A stretch of 64,000 bases of DNA. Source: Nocardioidaceae bacterium. Lineage in GTDB: Bacteria; Actinomycetota; Actinomycetes; Propionibacteriales; Nocardioidaceae. The notes under the pieces were generated by a model, which was not told where the DNA came from, did not search any database, and worked only from the letters and a program-made list of their open reading frames with translations. Position 1 is the stretch's first letter; each line of letters begins with the position of its first letter. Below, one piece after another: positions 1-9,271 of this stretch. The DNA lies in assembly GCA_035297905.1 (NCBI GenBank), contig DATGYO010000083.1:11536-75535 (forward strand). The letters are read 5' to 3'. Position numbers and translations under genes: made by a program.

Positions 1-142
1 AGGCACGGTTCGACGGGCTGAGCGGCCTGCATGCTGGCGAGCATAGTGGCCGCGAACCACGTCGCGTATGTGACGAAAGGCCCTTACCCCGGCGCGGTGA
101 CTGGGTGACGCTTGAGGTGGAAGAGTCTCGTGAAGGAGCCTC

Positions 143-844
143 ATGAGCACTGATGCGGCACCGTCGAACGCACTTGAGCGGACGCTACCGAGCTGGGAGC
201 ACGTGTTGGCCGTCGTCGCTCATCCCGATGACGAGTCGTTCGGGCTGGGAGCGATCCTCGACCTGTTCATCGCTCACGGCGCACACGTCACGGTCCTCTG
301 CCTGACCGAGGGCGAGGCGTCAACCCTGGGCTCAGACATCAACCCGAGCGCCAGACGCCGGGAGGAGCTGGCCAACGCCTCACGTCGCCTCGGAGTCACC
401 GGAACCGTCCTGCACCATCACCCGGACGGCGGTCTGCGCACGGTCTGCCGGCATGTGCTGGCCGGCGAGGTGATCGACGAGGTCGGTGCCTCTCGGGCCG
501 AGGGCCTGCTCGTCTTCGACCCGGGCGGTGTCACCGGCCATCCCGACCACGCCGCCGCCACGGCCGCCGGACTGCTCGCTGCAGAGGTGCTCGACCTTCC
601 CGTGCTCGCCTGGAGCCTGCCGACCGCCGTCGCCGAACAGCTGAACACCGAGCTGGGCGAGACGGCTTTCAGGGGGACGCCTCCCGAACAGATCGATCTC
701 TCGGTCGTCGTAGACCGGGCTCACCAGATCTCGGCGAGCCGGGAGCATCACTCGCAGGCAGTGCCGTCGAGCCCGTTGTGGCGCCGGCTCGAGCTCCTCG
801 GAGACTCTGAATACCTGCGCTGGCTGAGGCGCCCGGCCGGTTGA
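143..844 (+). CDS. PIG-L/LmbE family deacetylase
   Basis: 233-aa ORF with high GC3. 'VVAHPDDESFGLG' (AHPDD signature) and a later 'TGHPDH' motif are typical of LmbE/MshB/Mca-type deacetylases. Confidence 0.8.
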   Translation: MSTDAAPSNALERTLPSWEHVLAVVAHPDDESFGLGAILDLFIAHGAHVTVLCLTEGEASTLGSDINPSARRREELANASRRLGVTGTVLHHHPDGGLRTVCRHVLAGEVIDEVGASRAEGLLVFDPGGVTGHPDHAAATAAGLLAAEVLDLPVLAWSLPTAVAEQLNTELGETAFRGTPPEQIDLSVVVDRAHQISASREHHSQAVPSSPLWRRLELLGDSEYLRWLRRPAG

Positions 845-866
845 CTGCCCGTTGCCAGGAGCGGGT

Positions 867-1952
867 TCACTCCTCGTCGACGGTGGCGTCCTCGTCGTGC
901 GTGCCCGGACGCGGCGCCCACGGCAGCTCCTCCGCCGGGCGTACGACGATCAGCTTGTCGCCGCGGGCGAGCTGTGTGACGACCGGCTCGAAGTAGCGGT
1001 GCACCCGGCCGTCACGGATCACCGCGATCACCTGGTCGGGAAGCTGCTGCGGCTGCTTGCCGACCTCGGGCACCAGCAGCTCACGCTCCGCAACCTCGAG
1101 GCCCTCGCCGTAGGTGAGCAGGTCCTCCATGACCGAGCCGAGGTTGGGGCTCAGCGTCGAGAGCCCGAGCAGACGGCCCACGGCGTCGGACGAGGTGATC
1201 ACCGAGTTCGCCCCGGACTGGCGCACGAGCGGGACGTTGTTCTGCTCCCGCACCGCGGCCACCACGTAGGTGTCGGGGTTCAGCTGCCGGACGTTGAGGG
1301 CGCACAGCACCGTGGAGTCGTCACGGTTGGTCGTGATGATCACCTGCCGAGCGTTCTGCACACCCGCCCGGCGAAGCACCTCGCGCCTGGTCGCGTCGCC
1401 CGTCACGACTGCGATGCCGTCTGCGTGCGCGTCGATGAGCGCCGCCTGGCTCGGGTCGACGATGATGATCGACTCCTTGCGCACGCCGTTGTTCACCAGC
1501 GTGTCGACGGCACTGCGTCCCTTGGTGCCGTATCCGATCACCACGACGTGGTCGTTCATGTGCTTCCTCCACCTGGCAGCCCGGAACATCTCCCGGCCCT
1601 GGCTGGCAAGTACCTCGACGGTGGTGCTGATCAGCAGCACCAGGAACGCTATCCGCAACGGTGTGATCACGAAGATGTTCACCAGCCGCGCCTGCGTAGC
1701 GTACGGCGCGATGTCCCCGTAGCCGGTCGTGCTGAGCGTGACCGTCGTGTAGTACATCGCGTCCACGAAGTCCACGGTGCCGTCGGCGGCGTCGTGATAT
1801 CCCCCGCGGTCGGCGTACACGATCGCGATGGTGAGCAACAGGACGCCGAGCGCCATGAGCATCCGTCGCGTCAGCTCCCACCACGGCGAACGCGGGGCCG
1901 CCGGTAACCGCACCCGTGGCAGGGCGGACTCGGTGTCGATCTCGTGGGGCAC
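867..1952 (-). CDS. Potassium channel protein with RCK/TrkA-N domain
   Basis: Pore signature 'TLSTTGYGD' (TxGYGD selectivity filter) lies between TM helices. It is followed by Rossmann 'VVVIGYGTKGRS' of a TrkA-N/RCK domain. Exact start uncertain. Confidence 0.85.
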   Translation of the reverse strand: MPHEIDTESALPRVRLPAAPRSPWWELTRRMLMALGVLLLTIAIVYADRGGYHDAADGTVDFVDAMYYTTVTLSTTGYGDIAPYATQARLVNIFVITPLRIAFLVLLISTTVEVLASQGREMFRAARWRKHMNDHVVVIGYGTKGRSAVDTLVNNGVRKESIIIVDPSQAALIDAHADGIAVVTGDATRREVLRRAGVQNARQVIITTNRDDSTVLCALNVRQLNPDTYVVAAVREQNNVPLVRQSGANSVITSSDAVGRLLGLSTLSPNLGSVMEDLLTYGEGLEVAERELLVPEVGKQPQQLPDQVIAVIRDGRVHRYFEPVVTQLARGDKLIVVRPAEELPWAPRPGTHDEDATVDEE

Positions 1953-1991
1953 GGTCAGAATCTACGGGACAGGTGTCGCTGTACAGCGCAC

Positions 1992-2354
1992 CTACCGCAC
2001 CACGTCGCCGTAGATCAACGTGCCCGATCCGTCGTCGCCTCCGCCACCGGCCGGCGGCTGGTCGACGAGCACCGAGACGAACCGGAACTGGTCGCCCGGC
2101 TTCGGCAGCAGCTCATCCCCCACGCTTCGCCGCCAGGTGCCGCACAGCTTGCCGTCCTGAGTGACGCCCTCCTGGTCGCCGACGGAGTCGCCGCTCAGGC
2201 ACAGCCGCCCGGCGCCCTCGTCGTAGCTCTCCACCACGGCCGTTGTCCGGCTGGGCGTGTCGGGACCGGCCAGCACGCCGACCAGGTATCCGCCGAGGAG
2301 GCACATCGCTCCCCCGGCAAGGGCAACGGGCGTGGGTAGGTTGACGTTTCCCAT
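1992..2354 (-). CDS. Hypothetical membrane-anchored protein
   Basis: 120-aa ORF with a GAAGGGA SD-like sequence upstream. It has a single N-terminal TM helix ('ALAGGAMCLLGGYLVGVLAG'). No family recognised. Confidence 0.5.
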   Translation of the reverse strand: MGNVNLPTPVALAGGAMCLLGGYLVGVLAGPDTPSRTTAVVESYDEGAGRLCLSGDSVGDQEGVTQDGKLCGTWRRSVGDELLPKPGDQFRFVSVLVDQPPAGGGGDDGSGTLIYGDVVR

Positions 2355-2450
2355 CGGGTCCCTTCGCGCTCGTCCTGCTTCCCTCGCGGGGCAAGCATTC
2401 CACGCAGATCGAACACCCGAGCCAGGAGGGTTGCCCGAGCCCGGCCCTGC

Positions 2451-3668
2451 TCAGGACCGGGTGACCATCACGATGCCGAGGCACATCTCGTCGGTGGTGC
2501 CCTCGCCCCAGACGACGTACCGCTCCTGCTGGCCCTTGAACGCCGGCAACAGGTCACGCAGCCCTTGGTCGTGGGTGCAGGTGACCCGAAGCTTGTCGCC
2601 GGGCTTCATGCGGACCGGCCGTTCCAGGGGCCGGGTGCCCTGGTCGTCGAAGTTCCACACCGGGATGTCGAGGAGTGTGCGCGCGTCGGGGCGTCCCGGG
2701 TTGAGCTCGATCTTGATGCTGCGCCCCAGCAGGTGCATGTGTCCGGCGACCGCGCGCACGGTTGCCGGTTCCTGGACCGTGCGGGTGCAGCTCTGGGTGT
2801 TCCCGGGCCGCGGACCCCTGCCCTCCCCGCAGAGGAACTGCAGCCCGGCGACCATCTGGCCGGCGCGCATGCCGAACCGGTCCATGACGTCGGAGACTGC
2901 AGCGTCCCGGTCACAGAGCGGAGCCTTGACCCCCGGGCGGCACGGCAGCTCGACCGGCGCCGGCAACAGGGTGGTTTCCAGCGGCTCGAGCTCTCGTGAG
3001 CCGTCCGCGATCCGGAGCCGGGCGCTGCTGAGGTCCGGCTCGGTGCCCGCGAGCAGGTTGTAGTGGACCTGCATGACGATCCGGGAGCCAGCTTCGAGTG
3101 GGATGCCGATGTCGCCGGGCAGCAGACGTTCGCCGCTGCCGGGAGCCCAGGCCCCGAGCCACGGAGCGTCCTCGAGGGTCCCGCCGGTCTCCTCGAGCCC
3201 GGCGCCGCCGAAGCAGGTCCAGCCCTCGCCCGGTGCGCTCTTGTCCACCGTGCGGGCGGCGGCGACCTGGCCGGGCGGGACACGGAACAGGATCACGTGG
3301 TGCACGACGGCCTCGTTGCCGGGGGCCACGTCGACCCCCGTGACGAACGAGTCGGTGGCCACCTTCGGGTCGAGCAGGAAGCAGCGGTAGTCGTCGGCCC
3401 CCTGTCCCGGGGCCGAAGGCGTGTAGGGCGAAGGCATCGCCACGTCGACGACCCGTTCGCCGGGCCGGAGGGGTGCGCGTCTGCCCTCCGCCTTGCCGCC
3501 GTGTGCCGAGTGAGTCGGGGCGGCCGGCTCGCTGGAGGCGGACTGCGACGCCGGCATTGCTACGGGCCCGGCCTCGGGGTCTGCGCCGGTGGAACAGGCC
3601 GCGAGAAGCAGCAGCATGGCCGCGGCACCGGCCGTCCAGCCGTCGTTCCGCCTCCGGGCAGTCCTCAT
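2451..3668 (-). CDS. Lipoprotein, copper type II ascorbate-dependent monooxygenase-like (PHM/DBH fold)
   Basis: Lipobox 'LLLAAC' follows a basic N-terminus. CuH-like ligands are 'VVHHVILF' plus 'MQVHYN'. CuM-like ligands are 'GHMHLLG' (HxH) plus 'TDEMCLG' (Met). Confidence 0.7.
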   Translation of the reverse strand: MRTARRRNDGWTAGAAAMLLLLAACSTGADPEAGPVAMPASQSASSEPAAPTHSAHGGKAEGRRAPLRPGERVVDVAMPSPYTPSAPGQGADDYRCFLLDPKVATDSFVTGVDVAPGNEAVVHHVILFRVPPGQVAAARTVDKSAPGEGWTCFGGAGLEETGGTLEDAPWLGAWAPGSGERLLPGDIGIPLEAGSRIVMQVHYNLLAGTEPDLSSARLRIADGSRELEPLETTLLPAPVELPCRPGVKAPLCDRDAAVSDVMDRFGMRAGQMVAGLQFLCGEGRGPRPGNTQSCTRTVQEPATVRAVAGHMHLLGRSIKIELNPGRPDARTLLDIPVWNFDDQGTRPLERPVRMKPGDKLRVTCTHDQGLRDLLPAFKGQQERYVVWGEGTTDEMCLGIVMVTRS

Positions 3669-3677
3669 CTCGCGAGT

Positions 3678-4253
3678 CTAGGTCGGCCGGTCCGACACTG
3701 CCGCCTCGCGCAGCCCCACGGCGTCGTGCTCCCAGAACGCGTCGGGGTAGACGAGGGCGCCGGTCATCGAGGGGTCGTACGACGGGAGGGCGACGAACTG
3801 GAAAGCAGCGGGCGGGATCCGGCTCGAGGGTGCCGAGAAGCCGGCCGGTGCTCCCGCCCGGAAGCCGAGCCGGCTGTAGAACGCCGGGGATCCCTCGAGG
3901 AACACCAGGGGCTCGGGCCGGTCCTGCAACAGCTCCAGCGCCCGCCGTACGAGCGTGGACCCCACGCCCCTCCCCTGGGCCGGAGGGTCCACCGAGAGCG
4001 GGCTGAGGACCAGCACCTCGACGAGCCGGCTCCGCGTGTCCAGCCATCCCCGCGTGAACGAGACGTGGCCGACGACGCGGCCGTCGCTGTCGGCCACGAA
4101 GGAGAGGTCCCGCCAGGCGCTGGACCGGCGAAGCGCTGCGAGTAGCTCGGCGACGGGTTCGGGGTCGAACGCCGCCGCAACCAGCTCGTGGACGCGTTCG
4201 ACGTCCGCGGCCTCCTCCGCACGGACGACCACGCCATCCCTGCCGGGAGTCAC
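3678..4253 (-). CDS. GNAT family N-acetyltransferase
   Basis: 191 aa with acetyl-CoA motif A 'QGRGVGSTLVRRALE'. The GTG start overlaps the rsgA stop by 4 nt (GTGA). Confidence 0.8.
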   Translation of the reverse strand: MTPGRDGVVVRAEEAADVERVHELVAAAFDPEPVAELLAALRRSSAWRDLSFVADSDGRVVGHVSFTRGWLDTRSRLVEVLVLSPLSVDPPAQGRGVGSTLVRRALELLQDRPEPLVFLEGSPAFYSRLGFRAGAPAGFSAPSSRIPPAAFQFVALPSYDPSMTGALVYPDAFWEHDAVGLREAAVSDRPT

Positions 4254-5287
4254 GAGGGCTCCGCTCGACGATCGGTGGCAGGCCGCCGCCCGCGGGGCCG
4301 GGAGGCTCTAGGGCGTGCAGCCTTGCGCGCCGCCGCCGACTCCGCCTCCTTGCGAAGCCCTACCCAGCTCTCGTAGCGCCGCAGCGGAAGGCTCCCCGAC
4401 TCCAGCGCCGCACGGACGGCGCAGCCGGGTTCCGTGCCGTGGGCGCAGTCGTCGAAGCGACACAACGAGGCCAGCGCCGCCACGTCCGCGAACGCGCCGC
4501 TGAGCCCGGCGGTGCGCACGACTCCCACACCTCGCAAGCCCGGGGTGTCGATCACCGCGCCACCGCCGGGCAGGATCACCAGCTCGCGCCGGACCGATGT
4601 GTGGCGTCCCCGGCCGTCCTGCCGGATCGCCCGGGTGCCGAGCACCTCTGCCCCGGCCAGTGCGTTGACCAGGGAGGACTTCCCGTGGCCCGAGGCGCCG
4701 ATGAGGGCCAAGGTGCGGTTGCCGTCGACGATCTCGCGGAGACGGTCGATCCCGGCTCCGCTGACCGTGCTCGTGCAGACCACCTCCACGCCCGGGGCCG
4801 CGCACGTGATGTCCTCCGCGACGAAGGCGGCGTCCTGGACGAGGTCGGCCTTGGTGAGTACGACGACCGGGGTCGCCCCGCTCTCCCAGGCCAGCGTCAG
4901 CAGCCTCTCGACGCGCGCCAGGACCGGGTCCGGGTGGAGGGCGACGACCGCGGCCACGTAGTCGGCGTTGGCGCACAGCATCTGGTCGTGGGACTGCTTC
5001 CCCGCTGTCGCCCTGATCACGGCGCTGGTTCGGGGAAGCACCTGCTCGACCGTGTGGCGGTGGTCGGGCCAGTCACGGACCACGACCCAGTCTCCCGTCG
5101 TCGGCGTGGCCGCCGGGTCCCGGGCGACCTGGCCGAGGAGATCTCCGGCGTACCCCGCCCTGAGCAGGCCGCGCTCGGTGAGTACCTCGGCGAGCCCGCG
5201 GTCGACGCGCACAACACGGCCGACCTCGGAGTCCGCAGCCGCGGCCCACCGGGCCATCTGCGGTTCGTAGCCGATGGTCTCGAGCAC
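4250..5287 (-). CDS. rsgA: Ribosome small-subunit-dependent GTPase A
   Basis: Circularly permuted GTPase order: 'VVLTKADL' (G4), then P-loop 'GASGHGKSSLVNALAG', then 'DTPG'. C-terminal zinc knuckle 'CRFDDCAHGTEPGCAV'. Confidence 0.9.
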   Translation of the reverse strand: MLETIGYEPQMARWAAAADSEVGRVVRVDRGLAEVLTERGLLRAGYAGDLLGQVARDPAATPTTGDWVVVRDWPDHRHTVEQVLPRTSAVIRATAGKQSHDQMLCANADYVAAVVALHPDPVLARVERLLTLAWESGATPVVVLTKADLVQDAAFVAEDITCAAPGVEVVCTSTVSGAGIDRLREIVDGNRTLALIGASGHGKSSLVNALAGAEVLGTRAIRQDGRGRHTSVRRELVILPGGGAVIDTPGLRGVGVVRTAGLSGAFADVAALASLCRFDDCAHGTEPGCAVRAALESGSLPLRRYESWVGLRKEAESAAARKAARPRASRPRGRRPATDRRAEPS

Positions 5288-5345
5288 CCTGGGAATGTAC
5301 GGCGGGCGTCGCCGCGGCGCACCCGATTAACCGCAGGGGCGGTCC

Positions 5346-6491
5346 TCACGCGGGCCGGGTGCTCCTCGGGGAGCCTGGCTCAGGATCGTCGGCCACGCGA
5401 GCGTCCGCCTCGACCTCGTCGTGGACCTCCTCGAGCGCCTGGACCCGCTCGTCGTGGTCGGCCGCCTCGTCGTACTCCTGCTCGTCCTCGTCGTCAGCCG
5501 GACCGAACCGGCGCTGCTCGTCGCGGTCGCGACGGAGCCGGGGCAGCATCGCTCGGAGCCGTAGCCGGCGCACGAGCTCCATCCGGGCCCGGGCGGTCTC
5601 GGACTCCGGCCACACCCGGTCGAACGCCGCGTTGACCGCAGCCCCGATCAGCACGGCGATCGAGAGCAGGTACAGCCACAGCAGCACCGCGATCGGTGCG
5701 GCGAGAGGCCCGTAGATGGAGGTGGACTCGCCGGCGGTCGTGGTCAGCACCCACCGCAGGACGAAGGAACCCAGCACCCACATGGCCAGCGTGAGCGTGG
5801 CGCCCGGAAGGTTGTAGCGCCACGAGGTCCGCACCGGGACGGAGGCGTGGTAGAGCGTGGCCAGGAAGCAGATCGAGAGCACCACGACCGCAGGCCAGTA
5901 GAGCTGGTTGACGAACTCGAACCTCGCCGGGACCACCCGTTGCACCAGGGTCGGGCCCGCGACGACCAGCGGGATCGTGACGACGCCGGTGACGAGCCCG
6001 AGGACGTAGAGCACGAAGGAGAGGATCCGGGTCTTGACGATGCCGCGGTGTCCACCGAGGCCGTACATGATCGTGATCGTGTCGACGAAGACGTTCAGCG
6101 CTCTCGAGCCCGACCAGAGGGCGAGCACGAAGCCGATCGAGATCACGTCGTAACGCCCGCCGCGGAAGACGTCGTTGAGCGTGGGCTCGATGATCGTCCG
6201 CACCGTGTCCTCGGTCAGGACACGTGAGGACGCCTCCACGACGGCCGCGCGGACCTCAGCGGTCCGGGCATCGCTGAAGCTCTCGAAGACGTAGCCGATC
6301 GACCCGACCAGCGCGAAGATCAGGGGTGGGAGCGACAGGAGCGCGAAGAAGGCGGCTTCGGCGGCCAGCCCCGTGACCCGGTTCCGGTAGCACGTGCCGA
6401 CCGTGGACACCACGAGACGCCAGGTGGTGTCGCGCACCATCTCCCAGCGGGAAATCTCGGAGGCCGAGCGGCTCCCCGTCTCCCGTGACAT
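5346..6491 (-). CDS. YihY/BrkB (ribonuclease BN-like) family membrane protein
   Basis: Multi-TM protein with 'VTGLAAEAAFFALLSLPPLIFALVGS' and an acidic C-terminal tail. Start chosen at 'MSRETGS'; a later Met is possible. Confidence 0.7.
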   Translation of the reverse strand: MSRETGSRSASEISRWEMVRDTTWRLVVSTVGTCYRNRVTGLAAEAAFFALLSLPPLIFALVGSIGYVFESFSDARTAEVRAAVVEASSRVLTEDTVRTIIEPTLNDVFRGGRYDVISIGFVLALWSGSRALNVFVDTITIMYGLGGHRGIVKTRILSFVLYVLGLVTGVVTIPLVVAGPTLVQRVVPARFEFVNQLYWPAVVVLSICFLATLYHASVPVRTSWRYNLPGATLTLAMWVLGSFVLRWVLTTTAGESTSIYGPLAAPIAVLLWLYLLSIAVLIGAAVNAAFDRVWPESETARARMELVRRLRLRAMLPRLRRDRDEQRRFGPADDEDEQEYDEAADHDERVQALEEVHDEVEADARVADDPEPGSPRSTRPA

Positions 6492-6508
6492 GGAACTACC
6501 GTAACGAC

Positions 6509-8143
6509 ATGCCGATCGATAACCGGGTAGCAACGAACCAGGCCCCGCCACTTGTGGGCTACAACGTCGTGCTGGAAGACCGCGCGCTCGTGGAGGCGGT
6601 CGAGCGGCACGCGTCGCGCGACGTGGTGGAAGACCTCACTGCGCTGGGTGCGATGGCCGGCAGCGAGGAGGCGCGTGAGCACGGCATCCTGGCCAACCGG
6701 TACGAGCCCGAGCTGACCCCGTTCGACCGCTACGGCAACCGGATCGACGAGGTGCGGTTCCACCCGTCCTGGCACTGGCTGATGGAGCGCGGGGTCGGCC
6801 ACGGCCTCCAGGCGGCGCCGTGGGTCTCCGACTCCCCGCACGCCCATGTACGACGAGCGGCCGGCTTCATGGCCTGGTCGCACACCGAGCCCGGACACGG
6901 CTGCCCCATCTCCATGACATACGCCGCGGTGCCTGCCCTGCGCGTCGACGACGCGATCGCGAAGGAGTGGACGCCGCTGCTTGCGTCGACGTCCTACGAC
7001 TTCGGGGTGCGGGCAGCCTCGGAGAAGCGCGGCGCCCTCGCAGGCATGGGCATGACCGAGAAACAGGGCGGCTCCGACGTACGCACGAACGTCACCGAGG
7101 CACGCCCGACCTCCGTGGACGGCGAGTACACCCTGCACGGCCACAAGTGGTTCACCTCCGCACCCATGAACGACGTGTTCCTGGTGCTGGCGCAGGCGCC
7201 CGGAGGCCTCACGTGCTTCCTGGTGCCCCGTGTGCTGGCCGATGGCACCCGAAACCAGCTCGACGTGATGCGCCTGAAGGACAAGCTCGGCAACCGATCG
7301 AACGCCTCCTCCGAGCTCGAGTTCCACGGCACGTGGGCGCAACGCCTCGGCGACGAGGGCCGTGGTGTGCGCACCATCATCGAGATGGTCGCGGCCACCC
7401 GCCTCGACACGGTCCTGGGATCCACCTCGCTGATGCGGCGCGCCGTCGCGGAGGCCTCCTGGCACGTCGCACACCGGTCCGCGTTCGGCGGTGTCCTCGG
7501 CGACAAGCCGCTGATGCAGAACGTGATCGCCGACCTGGCCGTCGAGACCGAGGCGGCGACCGCGCTGGCGATCCGGCTGGCAGCGGCGGTCGACAGCTCC
7601 GCTGACCCGCACGAGGCGGCCTTCCGCAGGATCGCCCTGCCGCTGTCGAAGTTCTGGGTCTGCAAGCGGACGCCGATGATGGTTGCCGAGGCGCTGGAAT
7701 GCCTGGGCGGCAACGGGTACGTCGAGGAGTCGGTGATGCCGCTGCTCTTCCGGGAGTCCCCGCTCAACTCGATCTGGGAAGGGTCGGGCAACGTCAACGC
7801 GCTCGACGTGCTCCGCGCCCTCTCCCGCGAGCCCGAGGCCCTCAACGCCTGGATCGTCGAGGTCGGCAAGGCCCGCGGCGAGGACGAGCGCCTCGACCGG
7901 GCGATCGACGGCGTGCTCGAGCAGCTCGCGGACACGTCGGACCTCGAGTTCCGCGCCCGCCGCCTCGCCGGTCAGATGGCCGCCGTACTCCAGGGGGCGC
8001 TGCTCGTGCAGCACGCTCCCGCCGCCGTCGCAGACGCCTTCTGCGCCACGCGCCTCGGCAACGAGTACGGCGGGACGTTGGGCACGCTCCCCCGCGGCAC
8101 CGATGTCCGCTCGATCGTCGACCGCACCACTCCCGTCCTCTAG
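6509..8143 (+). CDS. Acyl-CoA dehydrogenase family protein, AidB-like
   Basis: About 545 aa. ACAD signature 'GMGMTEKQGGSDV' and C-terminal 'ALECLGGNGYVEES...SIWEGSGNV'. Start is ATG 6509 or GTG 6485. Confidence 0.8.
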   Translation: MPIDNRVATNQAPPLVGYNVVLEDRALVEAVERHASRDVVEDLTALGAMAGSEEAREHGILANRYEPELTPFDRYGNRIDEVRFHPSWHWLMERGVGHGLQAAPWVSDSPHAHVRRAAGFMAWSHTEPGHGCPISMTYAAVPALRVDDAIAKEWTPLLASTSYDFGVRAASEKRGALAGMGMTEKQGGSDVRTNVTEARPTSVDGEYTLHGHKWFTSAPMNDVFLVLAQAPGGLTCFLVPRVLADGTRNQLDVMRLKDKLGNRSNASSELEFHGTWAQRLGDEGRGVRTIIEMVAATRLDTVLGSTSLMRRAVAEASWHVAHRSAFGGVLGDKPLMQNVIADLAVETEAATALAIRLAAAVDSSADPHEAAFRRIALPLSKFWVCKRTPMMVAEALECLGGNGYVEESVMPLLFRESPLNSIWEGSGNVNALDVLRALSREPEALNAWIVEVGKARGEDERLDRAIDGVLEQLADTSDLEFRARRLAGQMAAVLQGALLVQHAPAAVADAFCATRLGNEYGGTLGTLPRGTDVRSIVDRTTPVL

Positions 8144-8195
8144 GCAGATGCGACCGTCGTAGCTCGACAGGCGGGTTGCGCCCGACTCGGGCAGG

Positions 8196-9092
8196 TCACG
8201 CGGCGGCGTCGGCGGCCGACGCCGGGTCTGCCTGTCGAGGTGCGACATCTGCCGCCGCGATGAGGCACTCGCGGACGTAGTCGGGGTAGAACATCACGTC
8301 CTCCCACGCGAACCGGAGCACGCGCCAGTGCAGCAGCACTAGCTTCGTGTACCGCCTGCAGTCGCGCCTCAGAGCGCCGCGCCGGCTGTGCCATGAATGT
8401 GACTCGGCCTCGACGACCCACCGCCTGTTGCAGTCGACCAGGTCGGCCCGGCCACGTCCCTCCTCATCGGCGATGACGACCTGAGGCTTCAGGTCGATTC
8501 CGGGCACGTCGAGGGCGATCGCCCGCAGCACGGACTCGAACGGGTTCGCCGCGAGGTGGGTGGCCTCACGGGTGACCCGGCGTGCCTGCGGAGCACCTGG
8601 CCCAACGATGCCGTCAGCCAGCTGTGCCAGCGGCGCTTTGGTGATGCCTCTGTGCCTCAGCGCCGAGTCCGCCACCGCCAGGGCCTCGTCGAACGGCAGC
8701 GACCTCATGCAGTCGACCAGCGTGCACTCGACCGACGTCACCATGTCGCCCAGCTCGTCAGGCTTCAGATCCGCCCAATGCAGGGCGACGCCGTCGGCCT
8801 GCCCGTCGGCCAGGTGCCGCTTGCGTCGGATGGTGACGTCGGGCAGGTCCGGAACCGTCTTCACCTCCCAGCCCCAGTGCAGTGCGGCGCTTCGGTGCGA
8901 GACCACGCCGGAGAGTCGGTTCGCCGCCCGCCTGGCCTCGTCTGCCACGGGTAGGGCGTAGCGACCGTAGCTGTCGCGGACGATGTCTCCGTGCGCTACT
9001 GCGGCGTCGAAAGCCCTGCGGGAGGAGGCACGGACCAGGCTCGCACGGGTCGCCACGCCGCCGAGCCGGAGGAGGATCTGCGTGAGGGTCAT
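8196..9092 (-). CDS. DUF559-like endonuclease-fold protein with N-terminal wHTH (AbiEi-like)
   Basis: N-terminus 'LLRLGGVATRASLV...HGDIVRDSYGRYAL'. C-terminus 'VVEAESHSWH...LLHWRVLRFAWEDV' resembles the DUF559/Vsr-like fold. Start moved to 'MTLTQ'. Confidence 0.55.
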   Translation of the reverse strand: MTLTQILLRLGGVATRASLVRASSRRAFDAAVAHGDIVRDSYGRYALPVADEARRAANRLSGVVSHRSAALHWGWEVKTVPDLPDVTIRRKRHLADGQADGVALHWADLKPDELGDMVTSVECTLVDCMRSLPFDEALAVADSALRHRGITKAPLAQLADGIVGPGAPQARRVTREATHLAANPFESVLRAIALDVPGIDLKPQVVIADEEGRGRADLVDCNRRWVVEAESHSWHSRRGALRRDCRRYTKLVLLHWRVLRFAWEDVMFYPDYVRECLIAAADVAPRQADPASAADAAA

Positions 9093-9271
9093 GCGACCCG
9101 AGTCTGCTCGACCTCCGACGCCGTCGTCAGCCGTCATCCACAGGGGACGTCCGGACGCCACCCTCGCGACTCAACAGGCACGATCACCAAACCGGCGTAC
9201 GGCGTAGGCGACCCTGACCGTGCTACCCGCGGACCTGCCTGTTGAGTTACGGGCGAGCCAACCGGAGGAGG

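Noticed and set aside
852-1907. Long plus-strand ORF (351 aa) opposite the K+ channel gene. Many similar long ORFs occur elsewhere, e.g. 2911..4047, 6320..8248, 14586..16118, 18485..20590, 22032..23648, 35223..36263, 42765..43922, 52498..53982, 55371..56897.
   Set aside because: These are Arg/Pro/Gly/His-rich translations with no recognisable motifs. They lie antisense or out of frame to genes with clear family signatures. This is the classic shadow-ORF artefact of high-GC DNA.
8196-9092. AbiEi-like/DUF559 protein as part of an AbiE toxin-antitoxin or defence module.
   Set aside because: No AbiEii nucleotidyltransferase or other partner gene is adjacent. The flanking genes are housekeeping (aidB-like, glyA). 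It looks like the common stand-alone DUF559 type.
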